DNA of 64,000 nucleotides from an uncultured Bifidobacteriaceae bacterium (GTDB taxonomy: Bacteria > Acidobacteriota > Vicinamibacteria > Vicinamibacterales > UBA2999): assembly GCA_964643765.1 (NCBI GenBank), contig CAZXTM010000008.1:30948-94947 (forward strand), given 5' to 3'. Under the pieces are notes generated by a model. That model was not told the origin of the DNA. It searched no databases and was given only the letters and a program-made list of their open reading frames with translations. Position numbers and translations under genes: made by a program. This document shows, piece by piece, positions 31,082 through 43,976 of the stretch; the stretch's first letter is position 1; every line of letters starts with the position of its first letter.

Positions 31082-32647
31082 ATGTCCCTGTCCCGTCGTC
31101 GTTTTCTTCGCCGCGCCCTGGCTGGTGCCGGCGCCGCATCTGCCTCGGCCGCCACCCTGGCGGCGGTGCAGCACGTGCATCCCGCCCCGCAGGCACCGTC
31201 CGTACCGGCTGCGGCGGCACCTGACCCGCATGCCGGGCATCACATGCCGGCCGCGACCGAAGTGCCCGAGGCCGTCGCCCCCGAGCGATGGAGCCGCGCA
31301 CCGATGCTGCCGCCGCCCGGGCCCACGCCTCCCCGCGTCGAGACGCCGGACATTCCCCATCTGACCGCGCAGATCGAAGACGGCGTGAAGGTGTTTCACC
31401 TGCGCGCCGAACCGGTGAAGACCGACTTCGTCCCCGGCCGCCCCGTCGACGCCTGGGGCTTCAACGGATCCATTCCCGGGCCCACCATCGAGGTGACGCA
31501 GGGCGACCGCGTGCGCATCGTGGTCGAGAACCGGCTGCCTGAACTCTTCGCGATGCACTGGCACGGCCTGGAAGTGCCGCCCGTCATTGACGGGGTCCCC
31601 GGCCTGGGAGCCGAGGCCCTGAAGCCCGGCGAGCAGCGTGCCTTCGAATTCACGGTGCGCCAGGAGGGCACGTTCTTCTACCACTCGCACTTTCCGATGC
31701 AGGAACTGATGGGGCTGATCGGGCTGCTGATCAGCCATCCAGCCAGGGCGCATGAGCCGCGCGTGCATCGCGACGTCGGGATGATCTTCCAGGGCTGGGC
31801 CATCCTGCCGAACAACACCGTCCCCAACACGCTGGCCATGGAATTCAACTGGCTGACGATCAACGGCAAGGCCGGCCCGGCCACCACCCCCGTCATCGCC
31901 CGCCTCGGTGAGCGCATCCGTCTGCGCTTCGTCAACCTGTCGATGGACCACCATCCCATCCACCTGCACGGGCACACGTTCCATGTGACCGGCACCGAGG
32001 GTGGACGCATTCCCCGCAGCGCCTGGATTCCCGGCAACACCGTCATCGTCGGCGTGGCGCAGGCCCGGGAGATCGAGTTTGATGCGGTGTACCCGGGCGA
32101 CTGGATGGTGCACTGCCACCTGCCGCACCACATGATGAATCAGATGGTGTCGATGGTCGGCCCGCTCTCGGTGTCGCGCCCGGGCATGCCGACCGGCATC
32201 GGCATGGACGAAGGCATGGGCATCCTCACGCAGGGCCACGCGCTCGCCGATCATCTTGGCCCCAGCATGGGCCGCACCCTGGGGGCCGGGAACATGGAGC
32301 ACCCGGTGACCAATGCCCCGCTCGATCAGGGGCTGCACGTCGACCATGCCGCGCACGCCCTGCACGCCGACCATGCCGCGCAGGCGGCACAGCCGGCCGT
32401 CGATCATTCGGCACATGCCGCGCACGGGGCCACTGCTGCCCCCGATGCGTGGGCGGTGAAAGGCTATCCGCAGGACATGTGGATGGTCGCCGACGACCTC
32501 TACGCCAGCAAACCTGAATGCGATGGCCTGCCGCCGGGCTGGACCGGGTCGATGATGGGCATGATGACGCTGATTCGCGTGCTGCCGCCGGCCGACTACG
32601 ACCGCATCATGGCCCGGAAGGCCGCGCAGGCGGGAGGCACGCGATGA
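31082..32647 (+). CDS. multicopper oxidase, Tat-exported, apparently two-cupredoxin-domain core with Met/His-rich C-terminal extension
   Basis: Start at ATG 31082 with GGAG 6 nt upstream. Tat motif MSLSRRRFLRRALAGAGAA. Copper ligand motifs are HWHG, YHSH, HPIHLHGH and HCHLPHHMMNQM. His/Met-rich stretches include HAGHHMP, GMPTGIGMDEGMG and HVDHAAHALHADHAA..DHSAHAAHG. Confidence 0.85.
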   Translation: MSLSRRRFLRRALAGAGAASASAATLAAVQHVHPAPQAPSVPAAAAPDPHAGHHMPAATEVPEAVAPERWSRAPMLPPPGPTPPRVETPDIPHLTAQIEDGVKVFHLRAEPVKTDFVPGRPVDAWGFNGSIPGPTIEVTQGDRVRIVVENRLPELFAMHWHGLEVPPVIDGVPGLGAEALKPGEQRAFEFTVRQEGTFFYHSHFPMQELMGLIGLLISHPARAHEPRVHRDVGMIFQGWAILPNNTVPNTLAMEFNWLTINGKAGPATTPVIARLGERIRLRFVNLSMDHHPIHLHGHTFHVTGTEGGRIPRSAWIPGNTVIVGVAQAREIEFDAVYPGDWMVHCHLPHHMMNQMVSMVGPLSVSRPGMPTGIGMDEGMGILTQGHALADHLGPSMGRTLGAGNMEHPVTNAPLDQGLHVDHAAHALHADHAAQAAQPAVDHSAHAAHGATAAPDAWAVKGYPQDMWMVADDLYASKPECDGLPPGWTGSMMGMMTLIRVLPPADYDRIMARKAAQAGGTR

Positions 32648-33906
32648 TCCGTCTGTCGGCGATCGTCCTGCCGCTCGCGGTCGTCCTGCTCTCCACGCCA
32701 GGCCCCGCACGCGCACAGACAACGGCCCCGCCGCTGACGCTGACGCAGCTCGAATCGCAGGCCCTGAGCGCTCACCCGGCGATTCAGGCCGCAGTGGCCG
32801 GGGCGGATGCAGCCGCGTCGGCCGGTGAGCAGGCCTCACGCTGGGACAATCCTCACCTGGCCGGCGTCGCAGAGGGCGTAGGCACAGGCCGCAGGGCCGT
32901 GATCACTGGGGGGCAGGTCGAGCAGGCCATTCCCATTAGCGGCCAGTATGCCCGGCGGGCCACTGCGGCCCGTGCGAGCGCCGAGGTCGCCGCGCGCCGA
33001 GTCGACCGCGTGCGCCGGGAGCTGAGCCGCAACATCCGCGTCGCCTACGTGCACGTGCTCGCCGCCGAGCAGCGGCGCACCGTGCGCGCCCGCCTGGCCG
33101 AACTGGCGCGGCAGGCCGTCACCGTCACCGAGCAGTTGTTCAACACCGGGGCCGCCGACCGTCCCGATGTATTGGCCTCCGAGATCGAGGCCGCCTCGGC
33201 AGCCCTGAGCCTGGTCGAGGCCGACAACCGCCTGGCCCGCGACTGGCTCCGCCTCGGTGTCAGCGTGGGTCAACCCGCACTGACGCGGCAGGCCATCAGC
33301 GACGCCGGGCTGTCGCTCACATTGCCCGACGGTCGTGAGGCCGCCCTGCAGCAGGCTCTGGCCGAGGCGCCCGACCTGCAGGTGGCCCGTGCGGCTCTCG
33401 TGGCGGCCGAACGGCAGCGTGAGGCCGAGCGGCGGCTGCAGGCTCCTATGCTGACTGTTGCGGCGGGGGTCACCCAGGAGCCCGATCGGCTCGGTCCGTC
33501 CGAGACCTGGACGTGGGCGGCCCGCACCGGCCTGACCATTCCCCTCTGGAACCGGAACACGGCCGGCGTCGCTGCCGCCGACGCGCGCATCCGTGCGCAG
33601 CGCGCGCAGATTGCGGCCCTCGAGCTCCGGCTGACCGATCGCTTCGCGGTGCACTACGAACAGTACGCCACCGCCCAGCGCCGCGTGCAGGCCATGGAAG
33701 CGGACATGCTGCCGAAGGCGGAACAGGCCTACCGGCTCTATCTCGATCGCTACCGGGCCATGGCCGCGTCCTACCCGCAGGTGCTGTTCTCGCAGCGCGC
33801 GCTCATTCAGACCAGCGAGGCCTACGTCGATGCGGTCGAGGCCCTGCGCGTGGCCGCCTTGCGCCTCACCCTGCTGATCGATGACGATGGCGGTGAGGAA
33901 CCGTGA
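32644..33906 (+). CDS. TolC/CzcC-family outer-membrane efflux factor
   Basis: Trimmed to ATG 32644, an ATGA overlap with the MCO stop. Signal peptide [45 protein letters not shown] and repeated coiled Ala/Arg/Glu-rich segments are typical of OMF proteins. ~420 aa. Confidence 0.75.
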   Translation: MIRLSAIVLPLAVVLLSTPGPARAQTTAPPLTLTQLESQALSAHPAIQAAVAGADAAASAGEQASRWDNPHLAGVAEGVGTGRRAVITGGQVEQAIPISGQYARRATAARASAEVAARRVDRVRRELSRNIRVAYVHVLAAEQRRTVRARLAELARQAVTVTEQLFNTGAADRPDVLASEIEAASAALSLVEADNRLARDWLRLGVSVGQPALTRQAISDAGLSLTLPDGREAALQQALAEAPDLQVARAALVAAERQREAERRLQAPMLTVAAGVTQEPDRLGPSETWTWAARTGLTIPLWNRNTAGVAAADARIRAQRAQIAALELRLTDRFAVHYEQYATAQRRVQAMEADMLPKAEQAYRLYLDRYRAMAASYPQVLFSQRALIQTSEAYVDAVEALRVAALRLTLLIDDDGGEEP

Positions 33907-36134
33907 GTGAGATCACCCTGCCCGTCGAGGGCATGACCTGTGCCTCGTGCCAGGCGCACGTGCAGCGCGCGCTGGCGGGCACGGCCGGCGTGCAGCAGGC
34001 CACGGTCAATTTGATGATGGGCTCGGCCACCGTTCAGTTCGACCCGGCCGTGGTCAGTGCCGGCCAGCTGGTGGCCGCCATCACGTCCAGCGGCTACGGC
34101 TCTCACCTGCCCGTCACGCAGGCCGACGCGCTGGCAGAGGATGCCGCGCGCGAAGCCGCGCAGCAGGCCGAATCGCGCGACTGGATGACGCGCGCCATCG
34201 GCAGCCTGCTGGCCGGTGCCGCCGCGATGTGGATCTCGATGCCGCTGATGCATAGAGGCATGCATGCCGAACCGTGGCGGCTGTGGACGCTGTTCGCCAT
34301 GACCACCGCTGTCATGGCCTGGGCCGGACGGCCCTTCTATGTGCGTGCGTTCGGCGCCGTGCGCCGGGGCACCAGCGACATGAATGTCCTCGTCGCGCTG
34401 GGCACCCTCGCGGCCTATCTGACATCGGTGGCCGCGATGATGGCCCCGCATGCGATGGCGAGTGCGGCGGGCACCCCGCCGGTGTACTACGAAGCCGTGG
34501 TGTTCATCCTGGGCCTGCTGTCGCTGGGGCACGCGCTCGAGTCGCGCGCCAAGGCGCAGACCCTCTCGGCACTGCGGCAGCTGGCCCACCTGCGGCCCAC
34601 GCACGCCCGCGTCAGGCGCGGCGCGATCGAGGAAGACCTTCCGGTCGACGAGGTCAGGTCGGGCGATGTGGTGATTGTGCGGCCTGGTGAGCGGATTCCG
34701 GTGGATGGCCAGGTGCTCACGGGCACCGGTGCGGTGGATGAATCGATGCTCACCGGCGAGTCGCTGCCGGTCGACAAGGGCCCGGGCGACCGTCTGGTCG
34801 GCGCCACGATCAACCACACGGGCGCGTTTGAACTCGAGGCCACGACGGTCGGCGAATCCAGCACGCTGGCCCAGGTGCTGCGCATGATGCGCGAGGCGCA
34901 GTCATCCCAGGCCCCGATTCAGCGCCTCGCTGATCGCATCGCCGCCGTCTTTGTGCCGGTCGTGCTGGGCATCGCGGCCCTGACGCTGGCCGCATGGTGG
35001 TGGCTGCCCGACGCTCCGTCGTGGGCCCGCGCCCTGATGCCGGCCGTGTCGGTGCTGGTCATCGCCTGCCCGTGCGCGATGGGCCTCGCCGTGCCCACGG
35101 CCGTGATGGTAGCCACCGGCCGCGGCGCGTCGATGGGCGTGCTCATCAAGGGCGGCGAACCCCTCGAGCGGCTGGCCGCCGCAGACCTCGTGGTCTTCGA
35201 CAAGACCGGCACCCTCACGATCGGGCAGCCCTCGGTGGTGCAGGTGCTGCCCGTGCCGGGGGTCGACGCCGGCCTCCTGCTGAAGGTCACGGCGGCCCTC
35301 GAGCGGCGCTCCGAGCATCCGCTGGCCGCCGCCATCGTGCGGCACGCCGAGGCGCTGCAGGTGCCCGTCGCCAGCGTCTCGATGGTGTCGCTCATGGCCG
35401 GTCGCGGCGCCCGGGGCACGGTGGGCCTGCGCCATGTGCTCGCCGGCACGGCGGCCCTGCTGACAGATGAGGGGGTCGATACGGCACCGCTCGTGGCCCT
35501 GGCCGAGCCCGCCGCCCGCGACGGACAGACGTGCGTGTTCGTCGCCATCGATCGCAAGCCAGCCGGGGTGATTGCGCTTGCCGACACCGTGCGGCCGTCT
35601 GCCCGCGCGGCCGTGGCCGCGCTGCGGCAGCGGGGCCTGGCCGTGGCCATGCTGAGCGGCGACCGCCGCACAGCCGCCGAGGCCATGGCCCGCCAGGTGG
35701 GCATCGACCGTGTAGAGGCCGAGCTGCTGCCGGGCGACAAGCTCGAGGCCATCCGCCGCCTGCAGCGCGAGGGGCACCGGGTCGTCATGGTCGGCGACGG
35801 GGTCAACGATGCGCCGGCGCTGGCCCAGGCCGACGTGGGCATCGCCGTGGGTTCGGGCACCGACATCGCCGCCGCGGCCGCCGGCGTGACGCTGATGCGC
35901 AGCGACCTCGGCGCCCTCGTGGATGCCGTGCGCCTCTCGCAGGCGGCCATGACGACGATGCGGCAGAACCTGTTCTGGGCCTTCGTCTACAACATCGTCG
36001 GCATACCGGTGGCGGCCGGGATGCTGTATCCGTCGTTCGGGCTGCTGCTGAGCCCGGTGATGGCCAGTGCGGCCATGGCGTTCAGTTCGGTCAGTGTCGT
36101 GACGAACAGCCTGCGGCTGCGGCACCTGCGCTAG
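33903..36134 (+). CDS. copA: copper-translocating P1B-type ATPase
   Basis: GTG start in a GTGA overlap with the OMF stop. HMA domain [14 protein letters not shown] motif ([11 protein letters not shown]), [15 protein letters not shown]. Confidence 0.93.
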   Translation: MSEITLPVEGMTCASCQAHVQRALAGTAGVQQATVNLMMGSATVQFDPAVVSAGQLVAAITSSGYGSHLPVTQADALAEDAAREAAQQAESRDWMTRAIGSLLAGAAAMWISMPLMHRGMHAEPWRLWTLFAMTTAVMAWAGRPFYVRAFGAVRRGTSDMNVLVALGTLAAYLTSVAAMMAPHAMASAAGTPPVYYEAVVFILGLLSLGHALESRAKAQTLSALRQLAHLRPTHARVRRGAIEEDLPVDEVRSGDVVIVRPGERIPVDGQVLTGTGAVDESMLTGESLPVDKGPGDRLVGATINHTGAFELEATTVGESSTLAQVLRMMREAQSSQAPIQRLADRIAAVFVPVVLGIAALTLAAWWWLPDAPSWARALMPAVSVLVIACPCAMGLAVPTAVMVATGRGASMGVLIKGGEPLERLAAADLVVFDKTGTLTIGQPSVVQVLPVPGVDAGLLLKVTAALERRSEHPLAAAIVRHAEALQVPVASVSMVSLMAGRGARGTVGLRHVLAGTAALLTDEGVDTAPLVALAEPAARDGQTCVFVAIDRKPAGVIALADTVRPSARAAVAALRQRGLAVAMLSGDRRTAAEAMARQVGIDRVEAELLPGDKLEAIRRLQREGHRVVMVGDGVNDAPALAQADVGIAVGSGTDIAAAAAGVTLMRSDLGALVDAVRLSQAAMTTMRQNLFWAFVYNIVGIPVAAGMLYPSFGLLLSPVMASAAMAFSSVSVVTNSLRLRHLR

Positions 36135-36146
36135 GATGGAGGGACC

Positions 36147-36584
36147 GTGTTCACGCACATTCTCTGCCCGATCGATTTTTCCGCCGATTCGGAACTGGCC
36201 CTGCATTCGGCGCTGCGGCTGGCCCAGGGGTGCGGTGCGCACCTGACGGTCGTCACCGTCGTCGACCCGCTGCTGAAGGCGGGGGCTGAAGCTGCGGGTG
36301 CCGGCCAGGCACTGACTGCGCAGACCCAGCAGGAGATTTCCGACCTGCTCGCCCGCCTGGGTCGGGAAGGACTGCAGGGCGTCACCCCTGCCCTGGCCAT
36401 CCGGTCTGGCAATGCAGCCAACGAGATTGTGGCGCAGGCGAAGGACAGCGGCGCCGACGTCATCATCATCGGCAAGCGCGGCCTCGGCGGGGCCGAACGG
36501 TTCTTCCTGGGCTCGACCAGCCGCCGCGTGACCGAACTGTCGCCGGTGCCGGTGCTGGTGGTGCCGACGGTCGCGGCGAGCTAA
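36147..36584 (+). CDS. universal stress protein (UspA family)
   Basis: ILCPIDFS..S..AL..A..LA......L.VV.VV at the N-terminus and C-terminal IIIGKRGLGGAERFFLGSTS..V....PVPVLVV. Confidence 0.8.
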   Translation: MFTHILCPIDFSADSELALHSALRLAQGCGAHLTVVTVVDPLLKAGAEAAGAGQALTAQTQQEISDLLARLGREGLQGVTPALAIRSGNAANEIVAQAKDSGADVIIIGKRGLGGAERFFLGSTSRRVTELSPVPVLVVPTVAAS

Positions 36585-37825
36585 GGCACGACCAGCGCCA
36601 GCCCCAGCAGCACGGCCATCAGGGCCAGCACGAGCGACGCGTGCCACCGCACGTGGCCGCGCGCCACGGTCAGCGCCATCGCCAGTTTGACCAGCGTGTT
36701 CGACAAGACGCCCAGCATCACGGCCTGCCAGGCCACCGTCTCGACCAGAGTGCCCTCGGCCACGCGCGTGGCCATCGACACCGTCAGCGCGTCGACATCG
36801 TGCAGCCCCAGCAGCGTCGCCGTGGCCATCAGGCCCGACGGCCCCACGCGATCGGCCAGCGTGACGGCGACCAGCACGCCCTGAAACAGCAGGGCCATCT
36901 GCACCGCAGCGCCCAGCTGCAGCGGGTTCCTGAGGGGCACCGGCCCATCGGCCTCATCGGCAGACGGCACGCGGTGCCGCCACCATGACGACAGCACCGC
37001 CAGCAGTCCGACGAGCGCCGCCCCACTCATTGAGGGCCCCAGCTGTCGCGCCAGCGACGGGCTCAGCACCGCCGCCGCCAGCACCACGCGCGCATACACC
37101 ACCGTATTCGCCGCGACGATGCCGTAGGCGAGTCCGTCGAGGGCGGTGCGACGGCTCAGTCGGCTGAAGGCGAGCGTGACGCCCGTGGACGAGACCAGCC
37201 CACCGAGCAGGCCCGCGACCGCATAGCCGCGCGACGCACCGATGATGCGCTGGGCCACATAGCCGGCAAAGCTCAGGGCCGAGAACACCAGCACCAGCGT
37301 CCACACCGCACGCGGCCGAAGCAGCCCCTGCGCATCGAGGCCCCCTGCCGGCAGCAGGGGCAGGATCACGGCGGCCATCACCGCAAAGCGCAGCGCCGCC
37401 TGCAACTCGACATCGTGGACGCGTGACACCCACGTGTGCAGACGGCCCTTCTCGAACAGCAGCAGCGCCGTCGCCGAGGCGAGTCCGCTCGCCACCTGCA
37501 TCTGCCCGAGCCCGGCCGCGGTCCCGGCCGCCAGCACCACGAGCGCCGCCACCTCTGTGGTGGCGTCGATGTTCCGGCGGCTCGATGAGGCGTAGGCGAT
37601 GGCAATGAGGGCCACAACGCCCGCCGCGAGGATGAGGGCGAGCGCAGGCCCCGCCCAGAGCCAGAGCCGGCCCACCATTCCACCCGCCGCGCCAATCAGG
37701 GTGAAGGTACGAACGCCGCCGAAGCGGGCATCGGGGCCCGTCGCATGGCCCGACCACTGTCGCTCGACGCCGACGGCGGCACCGCACAGCGCCGCGACCA
37801 CCAGCATCAGCAGCGAGTCATACAT
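36581..37825 (-). CDS. MgtC/SapB-family membrane protein with DUF4010-type C-terminal extension
   Basis: The N-terminus is LLMLVVAALCGAAVGVERQWSGH.......FGGVRTF.LIG (MgtC signature). It has ~10 hydrophobic segments over 414 aa. Confidence 0.75.
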   Translation of the reverse strand: MYDSLLMLVVAALCGAAVGVERQWSGHATGPDARFGGVRTFTLIGAAGGMVGRLWLWAGPALALILAAGVVALIAIAYASSSRRNIDATTEVAALVVLAAGTAAGLGQMQVASGLASATALLLFEKGRLHTWVSRVHDVELQAALRFAVMAAVILPLLPAGGLDAQGLLRPRAVWTLVLVFSALSFAGYVAQRIIGASRGYAVAGLLGGLVSSTGVTLAFSRLSRRTALDGLAYGIVAANTVVYARVVLAAAVLSPSLARQLGPSMSGAALVGLLAVLSSWWRHRVPSADEADGPVPLRNPLQLGAAVQMALLFQGVLVAVTLADRVGPSGLMATATLLGLHDVDALTVSMATRVAEGTLVETVAWQAVMLGVLSNTLVKLAMALTVARGHVRWHASLVLALMAVLLGLALVVP

Positions 37826-37841
37826 CAGGCGCGCACCCGAG

Positions 37842-39554
37842 CTACTGCCCGGCCAGCAGTGCTTCGGCCGTCACGAACCGCGGCGCAATATCGACCGGCA
37901 CGTCGGCCAGCTTGTCGAGCACCGCCTGCACCGGCGGGCGAATCACGCCAAGCGTATCGATGAGCGCCCGCGCGCGATCGTACCGGCCCTCGGCCTGCAG
38001 CGTCATGATGTCGCGCGTCAGGCCAATCACGCCCTCACGAATCCGCTGCGGGTCGACCGAGAACGTGCCATCGGCCTCGATGCGGAACGCCCCCTGATCG
38101 AGCAGATAGTTGAGCTGAATCGCCTGACCGCGGCCATGCGCTTCGGTGATGCCGAAGCGAATCGACCGGAAGGCCGACGCCAGGAACGTCGTGTACATCG
38201 TCTGTTCGAGGGTCTTCGGCAGCCGGCCGCGATCGACTAGGTACTGCAGCGCAAAGAGACCCGAGATGTCGGCCTTCGCCTCCTCGATGGCACTGTAGGT
38301 GTCCTTCAGCTCCTGACGGACCGTCGTGGCACGGCCGTCGACCGTGATGCCATGCGGTCCGAGGCCGTGCATCAGCTCGTGCATGAGGATGTGGGTGAAG
38401 AACGCGTCGAACGCCACCCGCCCCCGGTCCTGCGGACGCAGGGCGACCTGGGCGATCGGCAGCAGCACCCGATCGAACTTGGCCTGCTGGTTGTTCTTGA
38501 GCATCACGCGCTTGCTGCCGTGCTCGCGGATGACCCGTTCGTCATTGGGAAGGTTGAAGGCCGCCGTCTGCACGCCGCGGTTGCCGTCACCCGCCGAGAA
38601 CACCGTGTTGACGACCGCAATCGGCGCCAGCGCCCCGAGCTTCGGGTTGCGATGCCGCGCCTCGATGGGCAGGTTGTCTTCAATCTCCTGCAGCGAGGCC
38701 GAGAACTGCTGCAGCCGGGCCGACTCGGCCGCGTCCTTCACCGTGATGAAGGCCTCGAAGGCGGCCTTGTAGTTGAACCACTCGTCCTCGTAGACCTCGT
38801 AGGGGCCGATGGTCGGCTCAATCGCTCCCGAGAGCGCCATCCACTTCACATCGCTGTCGTAGTAGTCGTTGCTGGCGAAGGCCGCGGCGCGCGACTCGAG
38901 GAAGGCGCGCAGGGTGGCATCCGGCGTGGCCGCGGCGGCGGCGCGCAGGTGCTGCGCCGCCAGCGCCAGTTCCGGCTGGTATTCGGTGGAGTACGGCACG
39001 GCCTGCAGGCGTCCCTGCGGATCACGACGGACCGCCGTGAAGAATCCCGTGGCGGCCGTCCGCGCGTCGGGCGACAGGCCCTCGGTCCACCGGGCGACTT
39101 CGTCCTTCGTGGCATCGGCCGGATAGAACGTTGCTCCTCCCGGCTTCGCGGGCATGTCGGCCAGGAACGGCTCGTTGTGGTCGAGCCGTGACCATGGGCC
39201 CTTGTTGATGACAAACGCCCGCAGGCGCGCCTGCCCCACGGGCGTCGAGTCCTGGCTGAGCGTCTGCAGGAGGGCCTCGTTGCCCGCCCAGACCTGCCGC
39301 AGGTAGAGGGCATCCATCACCTGCGCTGCGCGCACCAGATGCGTGAGCGCCGTGCGGTCGCCCGGCGACAGCGACGAGAGGTCGGCCGAAAGGTCGGTCG
39401 GCACGAAGCGGTGGGTCGACGCCTGCAGGCGCTGCAGTTCCGGAGACGACTGGCCGACTGGCAGGGGCTGGTCGGGCGCCGTGCTCGTGCAGGCCGCCAG
39501 CAGCGTGATGAGCGAGGTGGTGGTGGCAATCTTCGTCATGGGCACTCTGAACAT
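37842..39554 (-). CDS. M49 (dipeptidyl-peptidase III)-like zinc metallopeptidase, lipoprotein
   Basis: Lipobox LITLLAAC. Zinc motifs HILMHELMHGLGPH and IEEAKADISG are reminiscent of the M49 HExxGH/EExxAE pair. The family call is from motif resemblance only. Confidence 0.6.
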   Translation of the reverse strand: MFRVPMTKIATTTSLITLLAACTSTAPDQPLPVGQSSPELQRLQASTHRFVPTDLSADLSSLSPGDRTALTHLVRAAQVMDALYLRQVWAGNEALLQTLSQDSTPVGQARLRAFVINKGPWSRLDHNEPFLADMPAKPGGATFYPADATKDEVARWTEGLSPDARTAATGFFTAVRRDPQGRLQAVPYSTEYQPELALAAQHLRAAAAATPDATLRAFLESRAAAFASNDYYDSDVKWMALSGAIEPTIGPYEVYEDEWFNYKAAFEAFITVKDAAESARLQQFSASLQEIEDNLPIEARHRNPKLGALAPIAVVNTVFSAGDGNRGVQTAAFNLPNDERVIREHGSKRVMLKNNQQAKFDRVLLPIAQVALRPQDRGRVAFDAFFTHILMHELMHGLGPHGITVDGRATTVRQELKDTYSAIEEAKADISGLFALQYLVDRGRLPKTLEQTMYTTFLASAFRSIRFGITEAHGRGQAIQLNYLLDQGAFRIEADGTFSVDPQRIREGVIGLTRDIMTLQAEGRYDRARALIDTLGVIRPPVQAVLDKLADVPVDIAPRFVTAEALLAGQ

Positions 39555-39590
39555 CGTCGTTCCCTTCGGATCAGGCCAGTGCGGGAGGCA

Positions 39591-40148
39591 TCACTGGACG
39601 CCTCCGCCTTCCTGCAGCAGCGCCGGCGAGGTGCCGAGGCGGCGCAGGGCCGACTCCCACATCTGCGTGACCGGCGTGTCGAACACCAGTGCCGGATCGA
39701 CCGGGGCCATCAGCCACGCCGACTCGGCCAGCTCGACATCGAGCTGCCCTGCCGCCCAGCCGGCATAGCCGACGAGGATGCGCAGCCCGCTGCCGCCCGG
39801 ATGCGTGAGGCCCTCGCGCACCAGCTCGTGCGAGGCCGACAGGCACAGGCCCGGCAGCACCTCATGTGCCTCGGCATCGCGCGTGCGGTCGCGCATCAGC
39901 ACCCAGGCCCGCGTCTGCTCGCAGGGGCCACCCACGAAGAGGTGCACCGACGGGTCGACCGACAGAGGCGGCTCCGCACGGACCACGCTGATGGCCGGCA
40001 CCTCCATCGGGCGGTTGAGCACCAGGCCAAAGGCCCCGTCGGGACCATACTCGGTCACCAGGACGACGGACTTCTGGAAGTTCGGGTCGGTCATCTGCGG
40101 CATGGCGAGCAGCAGCACCGGAGACAGCGACAGTTCGTCGGCAGCCAT
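39591..40148 (-). CDS. YqgE/AlgH family protein (UPF0301)
   Basis: LLLAMPQMTDPNFQKSVVLVTEY...GAFGLVLNRP is the family hallmark. 185 aa. Confidence 0.85.
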   Translation of the reverse strand: MAADELSLSPVLLLAMPQMTDPNFQKSVVLVTEYGPDGAFGLVLNRPMEVPAISVVRAEPPLSVDPSVHLFVGGPCEQTRAWVLMRDRTRDAEAHEVLPGLCLSASHELVREGLTHPGGSGLRILVGYAGWAAGQLDVELAESAWLMAPVDPALVFDTPVTQMWESALRRLGTSPALLQEGGGVQ

Positions 40149-40157
40149 ACGACCATC

Positions 40158-41225
40158 CTACTCCCGCTCGTCGCGCCCCCGCAGGCGTTCCTGCGCCCAG
40201 GCGACGGCATCGCGGACGACAGGCGCGTCGGCGCTCGGCGCCGCGTTCTTCACGCCGCGCCCGGGACGGTCGAGCACGGTGGCCAGCGACGCATCGCCGC
40301 TGTTGCCGATGATGAGCGCCAGCGTCCGCCTGAGGCGGGCCAGGCCGGTGCGCACCATCGCGCTGCCGTCGATGACCGCATGCAGTTCGTGGTCGGGCTT
40401 GAGCCACAGGTCCGAGGCGGGCGCGCCGTGGCGCCCCTCTGACGTCCACGCCGGTTCGGTCGACAGCGGCGGCGCGAGGTTCCACGGACAGACGTCCTGG
40501 CAGATGTCGCATCCGAACCAGTGCCGGCCGACCGACTCGCGAAAGGGCTCGGGAATGGGCCCGTCGAGTTCGATGGTGTGATACGCGAGGCACCGCGTGG
40601 CATCGAGCACTTTCGGCTCGACCAGCGCGCCGGTCGGGCACGCATCGAGGCAGAGCGTGCACGAGCCGCACTGATCCAGTTGTGGAGGGTCCGGGGCCAG
40701 GTCGAGGCTCACCGCCACGCCGGCCAGCAGCAGCCACGAGCCGAGTTCCGGATGAATCACGCACCCGTTCTTGCCGATCCACCCGAGGCCGGCCGCCGCC
40801 GCCCACGACCGCTCCTGCACGTGATGCTTGTCGACGAAGATGGCCGCCTCGAAGGGGCTGTCGGCCCGCGCGCGCATCCAGTCGACCAGCGTCTCGAGCC
40901 GCTCGGCCAGTGCGATGTGATAGTCACGCCCGCGCGCATAGCGGGCGACGTCGACGGCATCCGTCGCGCGCGACGGCGCCGTGTCGTGCTCCGTGTTGTA
41001 GAGGGTGCCGGTCACGATGACCGAGCGGGCCGAGGGCAGGAAGCGGTGGATGCTGCGGCGGGTGTCGGCTGACCGGTGGAGGTAGAGCATCTCGCCCGCG
41101 TATCCGCGGGCGAGCCACTCGTTGAGGAACTGCAGTTCCGGCAGGGCGGCGGCGGCCGCCACCCCGCACAGGTCACACCCCAGCCGCGCGGCTTGCGCCT
41201 TGACGTCGGCTGAGGTCAGGGGCAC
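40158..41225 (-). CDS. queG: tRNA epoxyqueuosine(34) reductase
   Basis: GTG start at 41225. YARGRDYH, GLGWIGKN, ferredoxin motif CGSCTLCLDACPTGAL and C.AY.TIE are present. Confidence 0.85.
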   Translation of the reverse strand: MPLTSADVKAQAARLGCDLCGVAAAAALPELQFLNEWLARGYAGEMLYLHRSADTRRSIHRFLPSARSVIVTGTLYNTEHDTAPSRATDAVDVARYARGRDYHIALAERLETLVDWMRARADSPFEAAIFVDKHHVQERSWAAAAGLGWIGKNGCVIHPELGSWLLLAGVAVSLDLAPDPPQLDQCGSCTLCLDACPTGALVEPKVLDATRCLAYHTIELDGPIPEPFRESVGRHWFGCDICQDVCPWNLAPPLSTEPAWTSEGRHGAPASDLWLKPDHELHAVIDGSAMVRTGLARLRRTLALIIGNSGDASLATVLDRPGRGVKNAAPSADAPVVRDAVAWAQERLRGRDERE

Positions 41226-43907
<2,682 letters not shown>

Positions 43908-43976
43908 GATCAACCGCCGAATCATATCAGGCTGGACCGCCCCGCCGGAACGCCCCGCGCCCCCCGGGCGCCCGGG

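Noticed and set aside
31001-32839. 612-aa minus-strand ORF
   Set aside because: It is antisense to the multicopper oxidase, which carries all four copper-ligand motifs on the plus strand.
30580-36134. Copper module as a recently acquired genomic island
   Set aside because: I could see no flanking direct repeats, tRNA, integrase or clear GC shift. Only the small first ORF looks slightly atypical in codon usage. This is insufficient to call horizontal transfer.
36581-36584. CTAA: stop codons of usp (+) and mgtC-like (-) overlap on opposite strands
   Set aside because: A trivial consequence of tight convergent packing. No hairpin or other signal is present.
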